Assembly: GCA_977030845.1 (NCBI GenBank)
Contig: OZ365110.1
Span: forward strand, 23,188,001-23,252,000
From: Fimbriosthenelais zetlandica
Lineage: Eukaryota
Length of the DNA stretch: 64,000 nucleotides
Direction of reading: 5' to 3'
Shown here: piece after piece, positions 55,853 through 64,000 of the stretch
Layout of the letters: each line of letters starts with the position of its first letter
How positions within the stretch are numbered: position 1 is the stretch's first letter
The notes under the pieces: generated by a model
The model's database searches: none
The model's input: only the letters and a program-made list of their open reading frames with translations
What the model was told of the DNA's origin: nothing
Translations under genes and position numbers: made by a program

Positions 55853-57087
55853 GGAGGAGCCCCCCAGAAGTAGGCTGCGTCCTCGCTCACACACAGTCAC
55901 TGGTGATCAACGCGAAAGTTTCCCTCAAGAAAATGTCAATTTTAGAGTTATGAATGTGGACCACTGCATGCGTGGTGAGGGAGATGAGAGGAGAAGGGAC
56001 TTGGACTTGGAACCGTCCAAACAAGGCCAGATAGGAAGTAGAATGGGACAGTATCAGCCAAAAGGAAATGGAGAATATCGAAGGGGAATGGAAGGAGTGT
56101 GGCTCCATGATAAGTATGATGGGAGACAAGAAAGGAGAGGAAGCGGAAGGGGAATGGAAGGGGTGTGGCTCCATGACAAGTATGATGGGAGACAAGAAAG
56201 GAGAGGAAGGGGAAGGGGAATGGAAGGGGTGTGGCTCCATGACAAGTATGATGGGAGACAAGAAAGGAGAGGAATGGAAGGGGTGTGGCTCCATGATAAG
56301 TATGATGGGAGACAAGGAAGGGGAATGGAAGGCGGGTGGCGCCATATGTATGGTGGTAGACAAGAAAGGAGAGGAAGCGAGAGGGACATGAACAACCATA
56401 ATCAAGACGTCCAATTCGAGAACCCAGATTACTTGGATAGAATGGATAGAAACTACCAAGTGAGTATGCCCGACAATCAAGTGTGCTGCCCTCATCCGGT
56501 AATGATTTGGGAGTAAATGTTTCTATTCACTATACACACCAGGTGCCAGCTCTTGCGATTGAATATGGCAGAGCATTAAATATTACTTTTCTAATTAGAA
56601 CTTGTCGAATTACTTTAAAGCACCTCTTAACTTAAAACATTTAAAGCCTATAGACCATTATAAGCTGTTATAATACAGTCGAAGGAAAGATAAAATACAT
56701 GGCGCCATTAATTAAAATTGAGTTTTGGTTCACCATATCATTTACTATCTGCATGTATCTATCCTGTATATCGTGGGGCCTACCGCCAAAATTTTGAAAA
56801 GCTCTGAATCTTTACTGACTATTTGTCGTTTCAAAATAACCAAATTTTACAATAATTATTCCCTTCCCCAGGCCTTCGATGACTGGCAACGTAACAGCCC
56901 AGCGGATGAATCCCACACCAACCAACCGCCCAGACATGCTCCAGGAAATGATGGCCGTTCAAGAAATAATCACTTCAAACCACCGAACTTCGGACCTGAT
57001 AGAAGGCATAATGGCCATCAGCCGCGACCTGGGCCTTACTCTCGTCCTCGTGGCGGTCACAGAGGAGCATTCGCCGGCCATTTCTAG
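55853..57087 (+). CDS. Two further coding exons (55853-56459, 56872-57087), probably an alternative 3' end of PCED1 with WLHDKYD repeats
   Basis: Strong acceptor ctctctttcctag|G in phase 2, matching the PCED1 donor at 53988. Donor CAA|gtgagt at 56460 and acceptor ttcccttccccag|GCC at 56872 are both phase 0. The frame is open to TAG at 57087. No independent first exon was found. Confidence 0.65.
56083..56370 (+). repeat. Coding minisatellite, 51-66-nt units encoding RGMEGVWLHDKYDGRQ(ERRGxG) x4 plus a degenerate fifth copy
   Basis: Direct reading; all unit lengths are multiples of 3. Confidence 0.92.
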
Positions 57088-57740
57088 AAGTGCATTGGCA
57101 TATCCCGTACTTCATTATGCAGGTGTGATTTGTAGCTTATTTCACTGCGAGCAGGTCCGGAAATGTTGAAGCCAAAGAATTCTTATTGTATGTAACAGTA
57201 ATTGAAGTTATTCTAAATATGATCTCTTATTGCAACACGATTTCAATTTGGCTAAATAGTACATCAAATTATAGTGCTCCCCACTTAATTAAACTGGCCA
57301 CCTCTAGCATTGACCACAAGTGGTCTCTATTAGGTAATCTGTTTAGGGGAATCTATAAGTAAGAAAATGGGACCAGATAGACACCTTAATTCAGTTTAAG
57401 CGGGTGGTCGGATGTGTTCCTCAGTAGAATTGTATTGCAGGATATTGTTTGAGGTAATTTTCATAATTTATTCATTATTTACATGTCTTGTGTTAGAAAA
57501 CCCTGTGATATATTATCACTTAAAGTCCATTTCAATTTTTCAATTATTTTCAACTATTTCTTGCGTTGTAGTAAAAAGACAGACCTCTAACATTGCATAA
57601 ACCATTTTAAGCATTTATTTAAGAATTGGAAATTGGAATCCTTGAAAATGATTATTGAATATAATGATCCTTTCAAATTATAGTGTTGGTTAAATTCCAG
57701 ACTGCTTATTTAGAGGTATGGTGAAAAAGAATGAAATAAT

Positions 57741-57920
57741 ATATAATGTTCATAAGACATTCTCCAATGACCATTGTGTTTGAGTAAAGTTGTTAGAAAA
57801 TCTTGTAAATATTATCGACTGGCCACCTTTAGTGTGGCTTTACCCATATATAATGTTCATAAGACATTCTCCAATGACCATTGTGTTTGAATAAAGTTGT
57901 TAGAAAATCTTATAAATATT
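57741..57920. repeat. Direct repeat of ~73 bp at 107-bp spacing
   Basis: ATATAATGTTCATAAGACATTCTCCAATGACC... at 57741 and 57848, with two mismatches seen. Confidence 0.9.
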
Positions 57921-59055
57921 TTTAGAATTAGGGTTTCACCACATTCCATATAATGACAGTATGGTAATACTGGAGGTTTGGTTTAAAAGATCGGAGTTAA
58001 TGGTACCATAAAAAGTTGTATTGAAACCCAAACAATCATGTGGTAAATCTGTGACCATGAATATCATATATATACATGTATACAGTTTACGGGTCGCCTG
58101 CTAAATATTTTATAGCAGCCCAAAGGTTAGACTTATGATAAATTATATAATATAAAACACTTAAAAAAGTGCGCCCGATTGCCATTTTCAAAATTACAAA
58201 GATGACAGTTATTGCACAGATTCCCTTCAGTCAGTGACTAGATACTAAATATTCGATGTGAAATTACAACCTATATCAATTATGTTTCTGCTAATCTACA
58301 AGAAAAAGGATTGAAATCTAACATAATCTATTGTTCAGGAACACAATCGTAAAGATCAAAAAACCATTTGGGTCCTTTGGCATCTTGGCTAAAATAATCA
58401 ATTAAAATTACCATGTATACCAATGGCATACATGATATATATTGCCTGTACCCTTCCTGGTCAGTTCATCGATAACTTATGCTGAATTCAAACGAAGCAC
58501 CTCTGTCCTAGTCAAAAACGTTAACATTATTGACCGGGACTTCACATTGTGTAACGTCTGGTCTGATTTTATCAATTACATAAATATGCAAAGGTGACAG
58601 GTGGATTATAGGATGTACAAAAGGCAGGTTGATTTGTAATGGTAAACATAACCAGCTATGATATATAACATGATATGATCATGGTACACATCACCAAGGG
58701 TAACCATGGTATTTTAGATCAATATTAAGATTAACATTGAAATTCTATAGCACCACTCAATGTTCAAATATATCCAGCAGAATTGACAATACTTTCTTCC
58801 TCTTAGCACCGTCATATCGATCTATAAAATTTCACTTTTAGATAAAGACATTCTTAACCTAAAAAACATTCTAGTTGTTCACCACCATCCAATTTCCTGG
58901 AAACAGAGATTAGCAGAAGATTATTTACAAAGGTTAAAGAGGACGGATTCGAAAACATGAGTTATCAAGGAGTTTATGTGAACTCCTGTTAGTTGAAAGA
59001 CGAATGGTACAATTGATTAATATATAGATGAAGAAGATAAAGTGGCATGTTTGGC

Positions 59056-62000
59056 TTAGTTGAAGAGTAGGTCGTTGATATTGGTGAGGAGATTGACGAG
59101 GGATGTGGTGTAGTTGGTAGTTGTTCTCACTATAGTTGTACGGTCAGCTCTCTCAAAGTTAGACTTCACCATCTCGTAATATTCACCATCACTCAGCGAC
59201 AGGGACTTCAGCATTGGGCAACGAATTCTGAAATATAACAAAAAAAATGTATTAAAAATCTACTTTAAGTTTATATTTAAACCGACAGTTGAGACACATG
59301 ATACATGTAACAACTTGTATGCAGGTGCAAATCTAAAATAATCCATTTATTAAATAGGAAGATAAAATTAAGTAGGAAATATTAATAATAAAAACAAAAG
59401 GAATATGCCCCAGGTTGAAGTACATGTATAGGTGATGTTACCTAAGCAGATCTATGAACTTGGAGCTGTTATCTCCTGATCTGAGAGTATCAGGATCCCA
59501 CTGGACCTCCAGACGGGTCAGTTTAGGGCAGCTCTGACCCAGAGAGATGATAATCTGGTCAATGTGTACACGGGTAGAGAGACGCAGGAACCAACCATTA
59601 GCTGTTCCTATCACCAAAATCCTGAGATAAAAAAATGACAGAGTCCGGCATGTATACTAGCTATAAATAATGTACATTTTATCTGCTATTTTACTGGGAA
59701 ATTCAGAAAAAGAATCAATTTCCACTTGTAGCTTCTTACCATATAAACCTGTGTTATATAAATTTATATACAATATAATAACACCTCAATACTATATTTT
59801 TTATAAAATCTGACTTACTGCATTTCCTTCATGAAGGGAATGACATTAAGGAAAAACTGCTCGGCAAGTTTTGGTTTACCAGCGATAGCCAGTCCCTCCA
59901 GTTTGTGGCCCTGTCTCTTGATAAATTCAAAGATCTTGGGTTCATTGAGCCCCACCGTGTAACTTATGTCCAAGGCTCTCAGATGGTCCAGTTTGCCTTT
60001 AGTCATCAGGCTATCTAAAATCTGAAAGAGATACATAATTTATTATAATCAATACATTATGCTATACAACAGATTATCACATAGAAATATTAAATTTGTG
60101 AAAAATAAAGACAAATCAGAGAACACATGAAAAGCATTAAAAAACTGAAGTACCCCCGGTACACATGATCAAGTTAATAAAATAGTAGGCCTACCATAAA
60201 ATAGTACATAAATATAAAGTACTCACTCTGTCAGTGAAGAATTCACAGTAGCCGAGCATGAGGTAAGTAAAACCATTCATACGGACCAACATGTCATGTA
60301 AAGTTTCCTCTTGGAGCTCAGTGGAGGACATGTCCAACTCGTGGATTCTCGAATGTTCCCATTCTACTTCTCGAATGAAGTTATCCTGCAGACCTGTTAA
60401 GCAAATTTAGTATTTGGTAAGAACTTTTCCTGTTCTGAAATATAGCTAATCATAGATAGAAATTAACAAATCCAAAACGTTTACTTTGGATTTCAAAGGT
60501 TTATAATTTTAAATATATGTTAGAACTTACCACAGTGCTGAAGAAGAAGTGTCTTGAGTTTCTTGCACCTCTGGATGAGCGTTTTGAAGGAGGCACCCTT
60601 GACACGAAGACAGAAATTGAGAGACAGCACCTCCAGATGAATACAATTAGAGGAGAAGAGATCTACATGGCTATCATCTATAAAACTGATACCATACAGA
60701 TTAGCGATCTTCAGGTTAGGCGTGTGTGCCCTTATCTTAGAGATGTTAATCACTTCATAAATTTCCTCCTCCGCATCGTCTCCAAGCTCAAACGTTCCTA
60801 AAATTAGCAAACAAATATGAATATATTTTATATGTACGTACCGGTACTGTATTGTATTAAATATATTATTTTACAAAACGCATAGGCTTTAACAGAAAAT
60901 GATACTTTTAAGCAATTTTAATAACTTCTTAGAGATCGAGTATAATCAAATAAATCCACTTCCCTCATTTTCAAATAATTTTGAGGCTCAAATTATAAAC
61001 AACCCCCGCCCCCACCCTACACTTCGCAATGGCTGAACAACCCCGCCCCCAACCCTAAAACATATATACAAACCTATGAGATGGAGAACCTCGAGGGTAC
61101 CCAGACTCTGGTAGACCCTCCTCATGAAGCCCTCGAGGAAAATGACCTCAGACAAGCAGATGGTGAGACTCCGCAGGTTACAGGGGAAAGTGTTGAGGTC
61201 ATTAAAGTCATGGAGCTGCATGGCATTGGAGAAATCCAGCGTCATGTAACGCAGGATAGGACACTTGTTAGAGAGCTCGTGAAGAATGGGCGCTGTGATA
61301 AGCTCTGATGGGAGCTCCACATACCTGTAAAAATGTAAGAAATGTTAATTAAAACTTGGAAGCAAAGAGTCTGATAGGCAGACCTAGGAAAATATTTTCA
61401 ACATTTGAGTCTGGAAGGTTGTCTTGCTTAATAATTTAAGTACATTATTTTACAATTTTGTAACAAAATATAAACACTATTGCAAAAATAATTTAGCTAC
61501 AATTTTTCCTCATATTATTGGTTAATTCTAGTGAGAACCGCATGGGGGCTTTTATATTGATCAAGTATTGTCAATACCTGAGACTCCCTGCAAATCTGCT
61601 AGAGATAAGCTGGAGGAGAGCGTCTGCATTGTTGACACAGAGAGAGGAATACTCGGGCCTGAGGGAGACTCGCGTCCACAACTTGCTATCGTAAGCGACA
61701 CTTCGCCACTTCTTACACACACAGGCGATTAGACAAAGGTCCCGATGACGGAGGTACGAAAAGATAGCTAGGAGAACCTTGTCCGGGAGTTTTTCAATGG
61801 TTTTCTGTTGTAGAAAAAATCATTGAAATAATTGTATAGAAAGCTGTATAGGCCTACAATGTATAAAGAACAAAATTTAATGTAGAAAGAATGTAGAAAA
61901 ACGTTACATAATTATACATTATAAAAGAAACTAAATGATAAGTCCATTTTAGTGGGACCTGGCAATTCTTTTCCCTTTAGGTTTACAAGCATACAAGTCT

Positions 62001-63679
62001 AGCACACAAAAAAGGAATGACTTTAATTAGGAATGTCTAACTTAGTGAGGCATTTTTTGCTCTCGCGAATTATATTATTTTATTTTTAGCCGGTAGGCCT
62101 ACGGCTACTACCTTATAAATTATTTAAATTAAATCTTTGCAAAGTTGGTTTTTGTAAGTTAACTTAGTATGATAATATTCCTGACTTATAGTTACGGCAC
62201 TTAGAGAAATATGTCTTTCCCGAGTGTTGTAGGCCTAATCACTCGTGTTGCTCAAAATAAACAAACTTCAACTGATCCTCGTCCACATAGAACTTATAGC
62301 TTGATACTTGTGCCCAGTTTTATCTGTAGTCCTAGACCTTAGTGCAGGTGGCTACTTTTAGTTTTATAAATGTAGTACGGTAGGCCTCAATACCAACAGG
62401 CGGTCCCATCCACAAGAGAGGCTGATTAAATAGGGGTAGGTCCACTGACAAATACAGCATTAGCCTACATCAAGAGGAAAACAATTTTTAAAAAAGGTTT
62501 TCACCTTTCGCACCCACATAGGCTAAAAGGCTATAATATTACAGTGCTTCATCTTAAAACGACCATCTTTGGGACTGACCAAAACCGAAAAGCGGTCTCT
62601 ATTTATAACCAAGCCTATATAGATACCGGGTAGGCCCTATGTCCCAAATTTCATGGAATTTACCGGTACCGGTACGCTTTAGGCTTAGATTACCGGTAAT
62701 TGAATTTATAAAATAAAATTTATTTTACTCCTCAAAATGAGAGTAAAAAAGAATTTCATAGAATTTATAAAATTCATTTTACTCTAAAGCGCCTTCCACA
62801 CTATACCCGGTAGGCCTACCGATTTATGATCTGATCAGATTAAAATCTGACATGCAAGATCTGCGCCCAAATCGCATCAGATCTGACATGCACAGATCTA
62901 GACTATGAGAGGATCATCCCGATCATGATCTTATCTTCATAGGGCCTACACATTATGCCCCGCCCCTGGTCGCCCCCTAGACAGCTTAGTTAGCATATAC
63001 AGTAGGCCTATAGGCCTACCCTACTGATATTTATAGTCTGAATACTCTGATACCGGTAGATCATACAGGTGTTATCACCTCTATTATATTACGGTACCGT
63101 AATTACCGTACCGTATTTGATAGATGCCTAATTTTTTTCTACAGACTTGCTAGAACTCCGGGCAATCGCCAAATTATAAACTCCAGAATGAGATATCAAG
63201 TTGAAAAAATGTATTCCCCTGCATGAAAAGATTAAAAGATTGCATGCAATATACTAGTCTACGGTATAGATCGTCACAAACTTTGACAAATGAGGAACAA
63301 TTTGACCTTTTCTAGCTTATCGCGAGCAGCTCGCAATATAGGCCAACACAGGCCATAATTAATAGCCTAGTCCTAGGCTATAGTAGGGCCTAGCTATACT
63401 ATGGGGGTCGTTTTAGTTTATTTCAACAGAGTTATTATATAGGAGGGGTTGCATGGGTTAGTTTGGGATGTTTCAGAGTGACCTAGAGGGGGAAATGAAC
63501 ACACATTTAACTGTTAGGATGGCCGAGGTATTAAAAACCACTCCAGGCAGGTGCTCGCCATGCAGATGTTTCACCTCTTGCCCAGGAGCAGTAAAGCTCC
63601 CCCGACGATCACCAATATTGTGTCCCTGTGCACCCAAAGAATGGGCCTCGCGGGTCGCAGAAAATAGAGCGTGACTCAT
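59056..63679 (-). CDS. FipoQ: F-box/LRR-repeat protein, orthologue-like of Drosophila FipoQ (CG2010)
   Basis: F-box KTIEKLPDKVLLAIFSYL..W; ELPSELITAPILHELSNKCP..LDFSNAMQLHDF; CLSEVIFLEGFMRRVY; EEEIYEVINI; NLYGISFIDDSHVD; DGEYYEMVKSNFERADRTTIVR; NDLLFN*. This closely follows FipoQ as I recall it. The first exon (63679-63575, donor GAG|gtgaaa) is less certain. Confidence 0.82.
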
Positions 63680-64000
63680 GGTTTGATCTTAACTTGGTTA
63701 CGATTCCAATCTAAAGAGAATTTCGCCCAAAATCCCGTGGGAAAGTCGGTGTAAGAAAGTTTTAGCCTGACGTCTCTAGCCCGCGCCTCGTTCTCACATG
63801 ACAGCTGCAGACGAAAATAACTCACGCGGAGCTAGCCAATATCACGTTAGTTTCGCAGAATATTCACTCCTGTTCTGGATAACCCACCAAGAAGGACTAG
63901 CAATTTCTGTCTGCCTTTGAAATCATATTTTATCCATCATTTACACGTGGAACCTTACAAAATTTGATTCAAATCGAAGACAGATTCAAAGGTGGTGATA

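Noticed and set aside
54533-56495. Minus-strand ORFs of 84-202 aa over the PCED1 tail exons
   Set aside because: Shadows of frame-preserving coding repeats; no splice support.

Overview
Gene-dense, AT-rich, short-intron genomic segment from a non-vertebrate animal (probably a non-insect bilaterian; the species cannot be fixed from the sequence alone). I hand-spliced 12 protein-coding genes, in order: PCGF6-like(-, runs off the left edge), NOP56(+), PCGF1(-), HPS1(+), ETF1/eRF1(-), PSTK(+), AUP1(-), TAF1B(+), R3HCC1/R3HCC1L-like(+), a secreted GPI-type DOMON protein(-), PCED1(+) and a FipoQ-type F-box/LRR gene(-). There are also several MITE-like and Helitron-like repeats and microsatellites. 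No tRNA, rRNA or CRISPR features were seen. The most striking observations: (1) the R3HCC1 homologue apparently has to initiate at a CUG that aligns with the known human CUG start, downstream of a spliced uORF; (2) an alternative 3' exon set, probably of the PCED1 esterase, carries four tandem WLHDKYD (WxHD, EJC/cap-complex-type) motifs, while R3HCC1 carries both a WxHD and two EBM motifs; (3) the eRF1 3'UTR has a 55-codon in-frame extension and candidate 3'UTR introns, resembling readthrough-NMD autoregulation; (4) PCGF6 and PCGF1 paralogues are linked around NOP56. Exon boundaries come from manual GT-AG and phase checking. Homology calls rest on recalled family motifs, not database searches.
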